A stretch of DNA of 64,000 nucleotides from the human T2T-CHM13v2.0 reference genome, Homo sapiens, in NCBI RefSeq assembly GCF_009914755.1, contig NC_060930.1; one strand, written 5' to 3'. The notes beneath the pieces are model-generated. The model had not been told where the DNA came from. It searched no databases and saw only the letters and a list, made by a program, of their open reading frames with translations. Positions 15,046 through 28,050 of this stretch are shown here, one piece after another (the first letter of the stretch is position 1; every line of letters starts with the position of its first letter). A program made the position numbers and the translations under genes.

Positions 15046-16049
15046 GGCACTGACATTCTTATTCCTCCATCTACAATCTATGTGATTTAGACGACTGTGA
15101 TTATGTGATTAATCGGTCACAACTCCAATTTTCTTTTCTGTAAAATGTGGATTATATGAACATCCTTATATATTATTGAGATTATTCTATGACTCAATAT
15201 ATGTAAAGAATTTATGACAATATCTGGGGCTTAGTTGGAGCTAAATGACTGATAATTGTCATTATTACAATGTTCTGTGCTGGTCAGGGTGTTGAGGAAA
15301 CAGGTCCTTTCTGGGCCCTATAGGAGAATAAATTAGTAATATTTAGGGAAGGAGAATAAGGCAAGAGCCACCAAAATCATCATCACATACATATGATTTG
15401 ATTTAGCGATTGCATTCTTAGAACGTTTTCTAATCCCAGGCACTTATTAAATGCGGATATACAAGTTAATTTATTGCAACATTATTTATATTGTTAAAAA
15501 TGGCTGCTGAAATAAATTCAGATACATTTATAAAACTAAATGCTATACAGACAAAACAAAGAGGGAAGAGGCTCTTTCTTTGTTGACATGGAAATTGCTG
15601 CAACATACATAAAGTGAAAAAGGCAAGGTGTAATAGAATGGGTTTGGAAAGCGTATTTATAGTGAAAAAACTATATGCAAAGAATATGCCTTTAATAGAA
15701 CTCCAGATTTTAATATGGTTGGTTGCCTGAGGGTCCAGAATTGGGTGTCCGGCAGGATGGGGTGGGGGCACAAATAGACTGTCATTATGTATGTATTCTT
15801 GAATTTTTGTAATTTTGAATCATGTGAGTTGTACTTTTTGTATGAGCATTTTTAAAACATAAAAAGGAACATACTCCCTTGGAGAGGAGGTCTTAGAAAT
15901 AACTGATGGCAGTCTGATTTTGCAGCTGCTATTTGGTTTTCAACCTACCATTATCAGGATTAAATACCTACCTTGTGCTCGCAGTGGAAAATGTTTTTCT
16001 TGCAAATCTCAATGAGCTTTAGATATCCCTACTAATTTTGCAATAAACC

Positions 16050-16131
16050 TGGCAGCGGTGGGATTCAAACCCACGCCCCCGAAGAGACTGGAGCCTTAAT
16101 CCAGCGTCTTAGACCACTCGGCCACGCTACC
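16050..16131 (-). tRNA. TRL-AAG4-1: tRNA-Leu(AAG), variant and probably weakly expressed
   Basis: 82-nt type II cloverleaf GGTAGCGTGGCCGAGTGGTCTAAGACGCTGGATT-AAG-GCTCCAGTCTCTTCGGGGGCGTGGGTTTGAATCCCACCGCTGCCA; B box reads GTTTGA instead of GTTCGA. Confidence 0.9.
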
Positions 16132-17040
16132 ACGCTAGTCCAGTATTAGGACTCATCTTAATGATTTAAAAGACACAAGATTATTCTGCGTCTTACTATT
16201 TTTTTTTCTCAGAGCATTTCTACACAAATGATTCCGTAGCGGTCTCAACTACCGATAAAATCTACAAATAGGTTCCTAGTCCCAGTCCTTTGTCCTGCAG
16301 CTGAGATTTGCATTTGTCTCCCATGCTGTTTCTAATACCTGAGAGTAAAGGGACAGGAAGCCAGTACCTAATATCCAACAAATCCCAAGAGAATCGGTTC
16401 TTAAGAACATGATTAGAAATCCCACGCCTAGGCCGACGCAGCACGGGGACTCTGAGGACTCTGAGATCGAGTCTCCAGTTTGTCAGCTGCGTTTGGGGGT
16501 CTGGAGCAAGATGTTATTTTTGATGTTTGCAACCAGAAAACAGAGGAGCTGTCATCCCCATCCACCCGGAACTCGCGTCTTGGTTTATGTGTCTGTGCGT
16601 GATTCCCTCTTGTGAAAGAGGTGGAAAGAACTATGCAAACAGACCTGCTTTTTTAGCTGAATGTGTTCATGACCTTAGTTTTTAAAGTTCAGGGCGAGGA
16701 CCAGTTTGTATTTGGTGCGGAGTATCACATCCTCTCCGGACCCTAACAGGATGTGTCGCCTGCTCGCTCCAACCCCACAAACGCCGTCTGGGCTGGCACT
16801 CCGACTTCTTCTTCCCTGTTGCAGCCCCAACGCCGCTCATCTTCTTATTTAGTCCCACCTGTCCCATTAGATGCTGACCCTTTTTAAAAGAGCCACAGTT
16901 GGAATATTTCAAATGCCAGCAGCTCCACTTAATAGCTGCAGGGTCATTGGCAAGTCACTTAAGCTCACTGGATCTCACTTTCCTCATATGTAAAACCGAG
17001 ACAATAAAACTTGCCTTTAAAAATTACAGCAGAATGTTTT

Positions 17041-17237
17041 GATACAATGGATTTTGGGGACTCGGGGGAAAGGGTGGGGGAGGGTTGAGGGATAAAAGAC
17101 TACACATTGGGTACAATGTACACTGCTCTGGTGACAGATGCACCAAAGTCTCAGCAATCACCGCTAAATAACCTACTCATGTAACCAAACACCACCGTTC
17201 CCCCCAAAACCTATTGAAATAAAAGAGTTAAAAAACT
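17041..17237 (+). mobile_element. 5'-truncated L1PB-like 3' end
   Basis: G-rich 3' UTR, AATAAA and A-tail; degraded TSD aaaaattacagcagaat / aaaaactatagcagaat. Confidence 0.75.
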
Positions 17238-18455
17238 ATAGCAGAATTTTTATTTTTAGCAAATGCATGTAAATTGCTTAAAACAGCACCTGGCTCATAA
17301 TAAGCACTCAGTGAAGTTTACTATCAGTATTGGTATCATTTATTAGCATTTACTGAACTTTTTATATCAAGTGCTCAGTCTCATGAATGACAGTGAGATC
17401 TCTCATTTTACAGTTAGTGAAGTTTTTTAAAGTAACATATTTACAAGACAGTCGAGTGAATTATTTTTCTTAAGTTAAGATGGCACGTGGAAAATTTACA
17501 CCTCAACCCTACAATTTCAAACGTCGGACAATTTTCACTTTGTCAGATCGCTTTACCTTGTATATTGTTTCTCCCTTCTCAATCATTTCACCTCATCTCT
17601 TCCCCCTTGTCTCACCTCTATTTACACTATTCTGGGGCTCTAGACCTGTAAAGATCCTTCAGGTGACATGGTTAGGGACACTGATTTTAAGGAGAACTTT
17701 GGCAGGCAAGGAGGTGTAGCTTCAGACCCAGGTAAACCTGCAGCTATGATCTCATTAGAACTTATCTGCTTTCTGCGTCTGTCATTGCTTCCGGCTGCGA
17801 ATCTTCAGGCTGTGGACCCAGCTCAGTCCCCTTGCGTCTATATGTCACCTTCTAGTTACATAATTTACACATGTTGTGCTGGGGGGTAGTGTGCAATCTA
17901 ATGAAGTCTAACATCTCCCAGGAGAAAGTGGTGTTTAAGGCACAGTGGGAAAATCCACTGTGTTGTACATTTATTTAAACAAGGGGAAAGTCCCGAGATG
18001 ATTTTTGCAAGTCATACGACATACTTGGAAGGACAGTAAACACATGACATAGCATACATTCTCATTTTACACTCTATTTTTAAAATCTAACTTTTCAGAA
18101 AGTTCACATAAACTTGAAAGAGTATAATTAACGGATTTGCTAAGACAGCAGTGCCTTCTTAGCCCTGGAGGCAGCACATCAGTCTCATAATCTGAAGGTC
18201 CCGAGCTTGAACCTCAGAGAGGGCATGGTGATTTTGTACTTTCCATATACTTTTGCTTGAGAAAGAAATATCCCACCCATTAAACTTTTCGGTATGAAAT
18301 CTGGATTCCTGGATCACTGACAGACAACACAACTGAAAAATGAGGCTGCAGTCCCTCAAGAACCCTACCAACTTCCTTTGTGAGCTAGATGCTATTTTAA
18401 TGCCCTGACTGCAGTATTATACAATACCACAATCTACACCAAATACCATAAATCT

Positions 18456-18690
18456 GTATCAGTTGCCTATGGCAGCTTTTGAAAATTACCATGAATTTTG
18501 TGGCTTAAAATAATACAAATGCATTATCTTAAATTTTTGGGGGACAGAAGTTTAAAATGGGTCTTAGGGAGCTATAATCAACATGTGGCAGAGCTGATTT
18601 CCTTCTGGAGGTTCTAGGGAAGAATCCATTCCTTGCCACATTGCTCGGCTCATGGCTGCATCATTGATCTCTGCTTCTGCTGTTACATCT
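18456..18690 (-). mobile_element. MLT1 LTR fragment
   Basis: gtggcttaaaataatac...ccttctggaggttctagggaagaatcc motif. Confidence 0.6.
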
Positions 18691-18699
18691 TCTCCAACT

Positions 18700-20270
18700 C
18701 TGGGGAGTCTCATGCAGCCTGGTTGATGCATCTGTTTGGTGACGGGGAGTGCAAACTCAATGTCACCCGACTGGCGCAGTTTGAGAAAACTGACCATAAC
18801 TCTGGTGTTGCAGCTCTAGTTTTGCCTTCACCCAATGACAGAACCAGCAGGACAGGGATCGAGATAAACCTATCCCATTCTTAGTTTGTGTTGATAGGAA
18901 CAAGAGGGCTGTATTCCCTACTGCAGGAGGCTTCCCCAAGAGGAAGAACCCTCTAGAAAACTGTCCATGAAGTCATAACTGTCTTGCGTGGGAAGGCAAT
19001 AGACAGGTAGAAATAGGATCCTGCTCCCCGACAAGATGTGGACAACGTGGTCCCGTCCCAGTGACCTTGGAGGCTTTTATGAGACAAGATCCTCCTCAAA
19101 GGCAGGTCCTCCTGCCCCGTCAGAAATGGACCAAAGGGCCCCACCCATAGCGCATGAGCACCTGCCTGCCATGGATCATGGTGTCACTCCTGAAGCCCTC
19201 CAATGCTATCGGCTTACCTCTACCCTTGCGAGAAATCAGGATTCTTGTCTTTTAAACCTCAGTGTCCAAAAACCCCATACACATCTGAACCCCCACTCCT
19301 TTCTCCCCTTCTACCCTTGCTGGTATGTAGGGTCACTTGACCATAGCAAAAACCAGGAGACCGTGGCCCTACCCCTAATTGTTCTTTCTGGAGGGAGTAA
19401 AGTCAGGACACATGCAAGAAGAGTGGTCCTCCACCCCAAGGGTGGCCACGCTTTGACTAAGAGTGGATGAGGACCCTCTGCCCAATGTGCTGAACTCTGT
19501 GAGGTACTGATGGCCGTGCAGGCTACTCCAACAGCAACTCCCTGCTATTTATTTATAGACTCATGGGCTGTTATAAATGGGCTAGCCATATGGTCCAGTG
19601 ACTGTTGGACAGATAATTAAGCAGCCAGGCCAACATGGTGAAATCAAAGGAAATATACTAATAGAGAGATATTCCCTTTGCATGGTTAGGAGGACTCAAT
19701 ATTATCAAGATGTCAATTTTTCCCAATTTGATCTATAGATACAACATAATCCCAATCAACATCTCAGCCAGTTATTTGTGGATATTGACAAATAGATCCT
19801 GAAGTATATATGGAAAGGCAAAAGATGCAGAATAACTACACAACATTAAAGAAGAACAAAATTGAAATACTGGAGAAACACCTCTGCCATGTGTTCAGAT
19901 ATCTATTCAGACTCTAATCTGACCAAGGCACCTTCTTCACAGCCCAGATAATGCAGCAATGGGCATGTTCCTATGGCGTACAATGACCTTGATTTGCTCC
20001 ATCACTTCCAGGCACCCAGAGTGGGAGGGGTGGTGTTAAAGCACTAGAATGAATAACTCAAGCAACAACTACAAAAAGGACCATCAGGAAGGACAACTCA
20101 ACGAAGGGTGGTACTCCTGCTTAATGAAAGTATTTGGACCTTAAATTGTGCCCTCCAGTGAAAGGGAAACATGGCATTGCAATGCCTGCTGGGCAATGCT
20201 GACTTTGGAAGCATGGTTGCCTGACGTGTCTACGCCTGAGGAATCCCTATCTCAGTATATCCAACCACAG
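18700..20270 (+). mobile_element. ERVL/MaLR-type internal pol remnant (RNase H and integrase), interrupted by an L1 fragment
   Basis: Translates to SAQCAEL (19477-), YLFIDSWAVINGLAIWS (19546-19596) and SDQGTFFTAQIMQQWA (19918-19965); heavily decayed. Confidence 0.7.
19645..19870 (+). mobile_element. L1M ORF2 fragment
   Basis: gactcaatattatcaagatgtcaatttttcccaatttgatctatagatacaacataatcccaatc, typical of L1 ORF2. Confidence 0.7.
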
Positions 20271-20274
20271 TGTT

Positions 20275-20400
20275 TGGAGGTCAAGGCTGTAGGGAGCCAC
20301 AATTGAGCCACTGCACTCCAGCCTGGGTGACAGAGCGAGACCCTGTCTCAAAAAAAACAAGCAAGCAACAACAACAAAAACAAACAAACAAAAAACTAAA
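20275..20400 (+). mobile_element. Alu right-arm 3' fragment
   Basis: ccactgcactccagcctgggtgacagagcgagaccctgtctc plus A-rich tail. Confidence 0.8.
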
Positions 20401-21840
20401 ACAATCTATGCAGTAGGTTGACATCCTGGACTATTGCTTCTGGTGGTAGACTGTGTTACACTCTTTGTTATCCTCCACCCAGTGACAATGGTATTTCTCT
20501 CATTTGTTTAAGTCTTCTTTACTTCCTCTCAGTTATCTTTTGTAGTTTTTCAGTGTGCAGGTCTTGCACACATTTTTTAACTTACCTTTAAGTATTTGAT
20601 AGTTTTGAAGCTCTTGTAAACGGTATCTTTTTGTTTTAAACATCCAATTTGTCTTTCCTTTGAATGTTTCACTAACTTTGGATTCTTGGAGTTTAATCCC
20701 AGGAATGTCCTGCTTTGTCATGATGTGTTATCATTTTATAAATGGTTGAATTTGATTTGCTGAATTTTTAAGGATTTTTTTTCTTCTTAGGAGGAACACT
20801 GGTTTGCAGTTTCGTTCCTTGTATGGCTTTGTCTGGTTTTGGTATTAGGGTAATGCTGGCCTGATAAGTGAGTTCAGATGTGTGGCCTCCTTTTTTGCTT
20901 TCTGAAATAATTTGTGTAAAATTGATATTATTTATTGCTTAAAAAGTTGGTAGAATTTACTTTGGAGCCATCTGGGCCAGATTTTGTTTCTTTGTAAGAA
21001 TGTTATAAAGCATGGATTTAATTTAGTTAATCGATGTAGGTCTATTTAGGTTATCTATTTCTTCTTGAATACACTTTTTGTGTCTTTCAAGGAGTTTTTC
21101 CATTTCATCTATGATGTCAAAGTTATTGGTAAAATACATTCATAACATTTCCTTGTGTCCTTTTGTTATTTGTAGAAGCTCTAGTGATATCTACTCCTTC
21201 ATTTGTTTCTTTTGTTTTTCTCTGTTAATATATTTTTTATTTTTTAAATATAGAGATGGGGTCTCGGTATGTTGCTCAGGAATTAGTTCGTGAGCCACCA
21301 TGCCCAGGCTACTGTCATTTGTGATATTTGTGTCTCTTCTCTCTTTTTTTCCTGAAGAGTATGGCTAGAAATGTATCAATTTTGTTAATCTTTTCAAAGA
21401 ACCAGCTTTTGACGTTATTGTTTTTCCTTATTGTTTTTCAGTTTTCTATTTCATTGGCATTTACTCTAGTATTTTCCTCTTCTGCCTGCTTTGGATTTAA
21501 TTTGCTTATCTTTTTTACTAAGTTTCTAAGGCAGAAGATGAGAACATTGATTAGAGACATTTCTTCCTTTCTAATATAAATGTTTAATGCTAAAATTATC
21601 CCACTAAGTATGGTTTTTGTTGCATCCCACAAATTTTGATATGTTGTATTTTCAGTTTTATTCAGTTTAAAGTGTTTTCTAATTTCTCTGTGATTTCTTC
21701 TTTGACTTATGGGTTATTAGAACTCCATGGTTTAATCTCCAGATATGTGTGGCTTTCTCAAATATCTCCAAATGTTATTGATGTTCAGGTTATTTTGCTG
21801 TGTACAAGAAAAAACTCTCTGTGATTTTAATCCTTTCAAT
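20400..21840 (-). mobile_element. Old L1M ORF2 fragments
   Basis: T-rich plus strand; minus-strand translation LWDATKTILSGIILALNIYIRKEE is L1 ORF2-like. Confidence 0.75.
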
Positions 21841-21947
21841 GATTATGCATATATATATATATACACACACATACACACATTGAAAGAATGTGTATATATA
21901 TATATTGTCTTCTATGTTATCATATATGTGTGCAGTCACTCAGATAA

Positions 21948-22284
<337 letters not shown>

Positions 22285-22323
22285 AGAAATTTACTTTGAA
22301 AGTCTTTTTAGGCCGGACTTGTT

Positions 22324-22470
22324 GGCTGGACATGGTGTCCTGCGTCTATAGTCCCCAGTTACTTGGGAGGCTGAGGTGGGAGGATCGCTTGAGGCTGGGG
22401 GGTGGAGGTTGCTGTGAGCTGAGATCACACCACTGCACTCCAGCCTGGGAAGCAAAGTCAGACTCTCTAA
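22324..22470 (+). mobile_element. Old Alu right arm (AluJ/FRAM-like)
   Basis: ggctggacatggtg...ggaggatcgcttgagg...cactgcactccagcctggg. Confidence 0.75.
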
Positions 22471-22802
22471 AGCATACCCCAAGACAAAGGATGTGCCTTA
22501 ATGAGTATGTGATTTATTGAGGAAATGATCCTCTGGATGGGGAAGAACAAGTAACAAAACAAAGATGTGGTCTCACATAAAGTCTAGCTTTGGCCTGACC
22601 CATGAGACAGGGGCTCTGGAATATAAATTGCATAGCAGAGTGGTCACTGAGTCAAGGGACTTGACTTTTATACTCCTTCCCCCATCCGTCAGTTATTAGC
22701 TGCTGGGAATGGAATGGTGGTGTAATCTACTAGATGTCTCCAAACAGCCAAGGGCGATTCATGGGACAACTTCACAGAGTTACACCATTGTGGGGATAGG
22801 TG

Positions 22803-23481
22803 TGTAACTTCCCAAGGAGTCCTTCCTGTCCACTGCACCCAGAAAGACCACAACATTGCAGTAAAGAAAGAGTTTAATAGACACGAGGTCGGCCATGCCC
22901 CATGGGAGATGGCGTTAGTACTCAAATTATCTCCCTGAAGGCATGGAGGTTATGGGTTTTTCAAAGACAGTTTGGTGGGCAGGGGACCAGGGTAGGGGGC
23001 AAGCTGATTGGTTGGGTTGGAGATGAAATCATGGGGAATTGAGGCTGTCCTCTCATGCTGAGTCAGTTCCTGGGTGGAGGCCACAGGATGGGTTGGCGGG
23101 TCCAGGTGAGGACACGTGGTTGTCAGAAATGCAAAAACCTGAAAAGACATCACCATATTGTAGGTTGTGCAATAGTGATGTTATCTGCAAGAGTAATTGG
23201 GGAAGTTGCAAATCATATTACCTCCAGAATAATGGCTGGTAGTTATTTAGAATTCAGACCCTTCTCATCCTCTAACTTGGTGGCCTTTCATTAGTTTTAT
23301 AAGAACAGTTTAGTCTTTGGGAAGGGGTATTACCATTTAAATTATAAACTAAATTTCTCCAAAAATTAGTTTGGCCCATGCCCAGGAATGAGCAAAGACA
23401 ACCAACCAGTGAGGCTGGGAACAAGATGAAGTCAGCATGCCAGATTTCTCTTACTGTCATAATTTTGCAATGGCTGTTTCA
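22803..23481 (-). mobile_element. MER4-group solo LTR (LTR8B/LTR26-like)
   Basis: TGTAAC...GTTTCA ends; 4-bp TSD GGTG both sides; visibly homologous to 23901-24599. Confidence 0.75.
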
Positions 23482-23697
23482 GGTGTAGTGGCCTGTAAAA
23501 AACAAACTAGGAAGAAGAAAAAGAATTGAGAGGGTTTCCAAGATTCTGTGCTACTGTAAAACAACTAAAGAAGTGGAATACCCTAGGTTTGTAATTTTAA
23601 GTTGAGGTGTGAATATCCCAGATGTCATCTGTTATTTAGGAAAAATAATAGATTTCATTTACTTGCTAGTATAAATCACTAATTTTGTTTTAATGTT

Positions 23698-24782
23698 TTG
23701 TGTTAGTTTCCTAGGGTTGTCATAACAAATTACCACAAACTGGGTGGCTTAAAGTGATAGGAAATTACTTTCTCACAGTTCTGGAAGCCAGAAGTCTAAA
23801 ATCAAGATGTGGACAGCGTCATGCTCCTTTAAAAGCTCTTGGGAAGAACCCTTCCTTGCCTCTTTCAACTGTGATGATTGCCAGAGATCCTTGGTGTTCC
23901 TGTAACCACCTAACAGGTTCCCCTTGCCTGCTGCCTAGACACAACCAACTTATCAAGACAGGGGAACTGCAATAGAGAAAGAGTTTAATTCATGCAGAGG
24001 AGTACAGGAGACTGGAGTTTTATTATTCCTTAAATCAGTCTCCCCCAAAACATGGGGATTGGGGTTTTTAAGGATAATTTGGTGGGTAGGGTTTAGTGAG
24101 TTGGGAGTGCTGATTGGTTGGGTCAGAGATGAAAGCATAGTGAGTTGAAGCTGTCTTCTTGTGCTGAGTCAGTTCCTAGGTGGGGGCCACAAGATCAGAT
24201 GAGCCAGTTTACTGACCTGGGTGGTACAGCTGATCCATTGAGTGTAGGGTTTACAATAGAATAGTGATGTTATCCCCAGTAGCAATTTGGGGAGTGTCAG
24301 AATCTTGTAGCCTCCAGCCGCATGACTCCTAAACCATAATTTCTAATCTTGTGGCTAATTTGTTAGTCCTACAAAAGCAGTCTAGTCCCTAGGCAGGAAG
24401 GGGGTTTGCTTTGGGAAAGGGCTGTTATCATCCTGTTTCAAAGTTAAACTATAAACTAAGTTCCTCCCAAAGTTACTGCAGCTTACACCCAGGAATGAAC
24501 AAGGACAGCTTGGAGGTTAGAAGCAAGATGGAGTCAGTTAGGTCAGATCTCTTTTACTGTAATAATTTTCTCAGTTATAATTTTGCAATGGCAGTCTCAC
24601 TCCTTGGCTTGTGGCCAGTAACTGCAATCTCTGCCTCCATCTTCACAGGGCCGTCTTCCCACTATGTCTGTGTCTCTGTGTCCAAACCTCCCTCTCTTCG
24701 AGTAAAGATCCCAGTCACTGGATTATGCCCCACCCTAATCCAGAATGACCTCATCATAACTTGATTACTTCTGCAAAGACCC
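23698..24782 (-). mobile_element. MLT1 (MaLR) LTR interrupted by LTR8
   Basis: ataacaaattaccacaaactgggtggcttaa...ctcacagttctggaagccagaagtc hallmark; second half 24604-24782. Confidence 0.7.
23901..24599 (-). mobile_element. LTR8-like solo LTR inserted into an MLT1
   Basis: TGTAACCACC...GCAGTCTCA; near-TSD TTCC/CTCC; MLT1 sequence resumes on both sides. Confidence 0.8.
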
Positions 24783-25262
24783 TAGAAAGGCAGATTTATT
24801 AGAGAAAGTATGAAAATAGGTTGCAAGAAAGCAATGGCTAAATCAGCATGAGAGAAGCTGACTGCAAAGAAACAAAGGCTTGCTGGAGACTTTACAGAAT
24901 AGGGTTTATGCTGTAAACTGAAGAGGGCTTTGTGCAGTACTGATAATGCCAAAGTTGAAATGAACTGCCTTGCAGGTGTGTGGTGATAGTTGAGCACAGG
25001 AAGATTGTGAGTTGTTTGTACAAGAGGGCTATGTGTCCTGGACCATGAAGAAAGGCAGACTTATAGCTTATCTGCTTTCTGTTCTTGCTTTCCCTTGGTC
25101 CCGCCAGTCTGACTCCTTTTCCCAATTAGGACTCCACAGTTAACTTGGTCCATGCCCAGAAATGAGAGAAGACAGCCAGCCCATGAGGCTAGAAGCAAGA
25201 TGGAGTCAGCCACAGCCATGTCAGATTTATGCTACTGTCATAGGTTTGCAAAGGCAGTTTCA
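24783..25262 (-). mobile_element. Further MER4-group LTR fragment(s) (LTR19/LTR8-like)
   Basis: Ends gcaagatggagtcagc...tttgcaaaggcagtttca like the two neighbouring LTRs. Confidence 0.55.
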
Positions 25263-25691
25263 GAGTAAAAGGATTAAACACTTGTCCCTAATTGTTCAAT
25301 AAATAAGAAAAATTATAAAAAGCAACAATATAGTGAACTTTATTGCTTGTTTAGGTGCCAAATATCCTTCTAAAATATTTTGTATACTTACTCAACAAGC
25401 TCTCCCATCAACTATATTAGGTAGGCTTATTACTATTTCCATTCCACATGTGAAGAAAGTGATGCCCATGGAGCTAGAGCAATTTGCTAAAGGTCCCTTA
25501 GCCATCAAATGTAGCAGCTGAGGTTTGAATACAGCCGATGTGACCTAGTTCAACAAGGTCCCAATCAAAATGAACAGCAGTGAGGTCCAAACATAGGGAC
25601 AATTTTCCAATGTTTTACGTTGCTACTTATGATACTTAGAGTAACATAGTAGCCACATTGTGAATATTTCTCATTAAAAAGTAAAAAAACA

Positions 25692-25948
25692 GGCCAAGCG
25701 CGGTGGCTCACACCTGTAATCCCAGCACTTTGGGAGGCTGAGGCAGGCGGATCACTTGAGGCAGGAATTGGAGACCAGCCGGGCCAACATGGTGAAACCC
25801 TGTCTCTAATGAAAATACAAAAATTAGCTGGGCGTGGTGGTGCACACCTGTAATCCCAGCAATTCTGGAGGCTGAGGCATGAGAATCGCTACTGCACTGG
25901 AGCCTGGGTGACAGAGCGAGATTCCATCTCAAAAAAAAAAAAAAAAAA
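25692..25948 (+). mobile_element. AluS with an internal deletion in the right arm
   Basis: gagaatcgct joins directly to actgcactggagcctggg. Confidence 0.88.
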
Positions 25949-26421
25949 AGGCAAGCATGCCCCTGCAAATGTCCTAATTTTTGTTTGTAGCTACTAATGG
26001 GTTTGTTGTTCATTAATTTCTTATCTTATGAATTCAATTATAGAGCTGGAGATTTTTAGAATCTAGAGAGATTTTATTTATCTGCATGCCTACAACAGTT
26101 ATCTACATGCTTTAAACTGTAACACATTGTAAGTGCTCAAAAACATTTTACCACAGTTTAAAGCAAGACATACGAAATTGATTGAGGTGGGTCACATGCA
26201 TTATTCTTTCGCACTTTTTGCATTTGCATTGTCTTCCTCCTAAAAATTTACTTTTTAAAAGTAAGGAATCTGAGCAGGATGCAGTTAAACAACTTGGGAT
26301 TTATCCAGTTGTGTTCTACTGCTGTTAAGTTTGGTGAGAATGTTTGGCAATTAGTGGGAGGACGCAGTTCTTCGTCAAGAAAACAATTTTCAGAAACAGC
26401 TGATTTTCTCTGGAAAACATC

Positions 26422-26495
26422 AGGCCCCACTGGGAGTCGAACCCAGGATCTCCTGTTTACGAGACAGGCGCTTTAACCAACTAAGCCATAGAGCC
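26422..26495 (-). tRNA. TRT-CGT1-1: tRNA-Thr(CGT)
   Basis: GGCTCTATGGCTTAGTTGGTTAAAGCGCCTGTCT-CGT-AAACAGGAGATCCTGGGTTCGACTCCCAGTGGGGCCT; TTTT terminator at 26417-26414. Confidence 0.96.
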
Positions 26496-26949
26496 ATGCG
26501 GAAGCACTCTTTAGAGGTGAATCTATCTCATTTTACTTTGACAAAATGAGTTTAGTTAGTTATCTGCTGTCTTCAAAAAATATGTCAACTCGAGAAACAC
26601 TTCATTTCCTCAGTATCTTTTGAAGACATACGAATACACGGGGAAACGTATTCGGCAGTCTACAGTGTCAAAGGATTTTTCTATTAATCCAAGAAAGAGC
26701 ATTACAGAAAGCTATACAATACGTGAAGACGATTAAAAGGAATATATCTATACATAATTTTAAAAAACCTTTGAATCTTGAAAGTCACTCACTTAGGGTA
26801 CGTGAAGCTGCCAAATTTATCAGAGAAGGAACAGGCATCTCTCGCATGGAGCCGTGGGCCTCGGCGTTAAGGCACTCTTCAGCTACAGGTGGCAGCCCGT
26901 TTAGCTCTTCTTAAGGTCTTGTGATGTCATTTTCAAGAGGCCAGTAAAG

Positions 26950-28050
26950 TTCTGTGTCACGTGGGGCCTCTCAGGAGGGGTGCGGAGGTGGGGGAGGGGC
27001 GGGGAGCAGGACTCCACTGCTTTGGCCTCAAGGAGTTTGGTCGACACTTGAAGACTGACCAAGAAAAAGTAATTTGTCCCAGTTTTCTCCCACCCTTTGT
27101 TTTCTTCTGCTCCTCTTGGGCTTGTTTTTTTTTTTGGGGGGGGGTTCTTTCTTTTTTCTTTTCTTTTTTTTTTTTTTCCCGCAGTAAGTTCTGAAAATCG
27201 CCTCCCAGAGGAGATAACGCGTTCTCCTCTGTAACCCGTCCTTCCACGTCCCGGTGGTGGGGGGGGGGGTCCCGGTTCTCATTCTTTCGGGGACCTGCAA
27301 GGAGCCCCGCCCGCAGGCTTTGAACCGATTTCGGCTCCGCGTCCAGGAGCAGGCCCTACGTAGGGCCGGGGGAATTCAGGTGCGTCTGCGGGGCCCAGGG
27401 CACCCAGGGCAGGCGGGGACTGAGACGACTGAGGGTTGAGGGACAAGGAGGTTGGGACTGGGGAGGAGAGACCCGGGACCCGCCCAGAACGCTTTCGTGG
27501 GGTTGGAGAGGGCAGGACACAGCCTCTCTGGGCCCGGTAGTATGCGAAGACACGCATAACGCAAAAGGATTCCCGTCCTGGACTTTGGGAATTAAGGCCC
27601 TGAACACATTGAGCAAAAAGTAGATCTGTCTGTACAGACGTTTCTTTCCACGTCTTTCATAGTAAGGACTTTATTAAAAAGCAGGCACTCGAATCCTAGG
27701 TGGGTAGATGGGAGGCTGGGGCTGGGGATGGGGACGTCCTCTGTTTTCTGGTTGTGCACATTAAAAATAACTCTCTGCTGCCTACTCCTAAACGCAGCCG
27801 GCAAAAATGAGACGTCAACTAAGCGCCGTTTCAGTCCCAGAGCCAGGTCGTCCATGGGGGTTTTCAAGCGTTTTCTCGATGACTGATTTTTCTAGAAGCG
27901 AATGGATTTTATTCTCCCAGGTGTAAAGGCTACCTCCTGCTTCACACCCGGGTAACATAAAAGACAGCGCTGGGACCGAAACTCGGGTCTCCTGGGTCCT
28001 GGTTGGCTGGAGAGAGGGGCAATGAACGTCCCGAAAAGAATTCTGTCTTT
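26950..28050. promoter_or_regulatory. CpG-island-like, non-repetitive promoter-type region with no recognisable coding gene
   Basis: Dense CpG; GTCACGTG E-box 26956-26963; GC box ~26990-27006; ZNF143-like motifs on the minus strand at 27522-27541 and 27580-27597. Confidence 0.55.

Noticed and set aside
22803-24599. Two similar LTRs as the ends of one provirus
   Set aside because: Different TSDs, different subfamily features and no internal retroviral sequence between them
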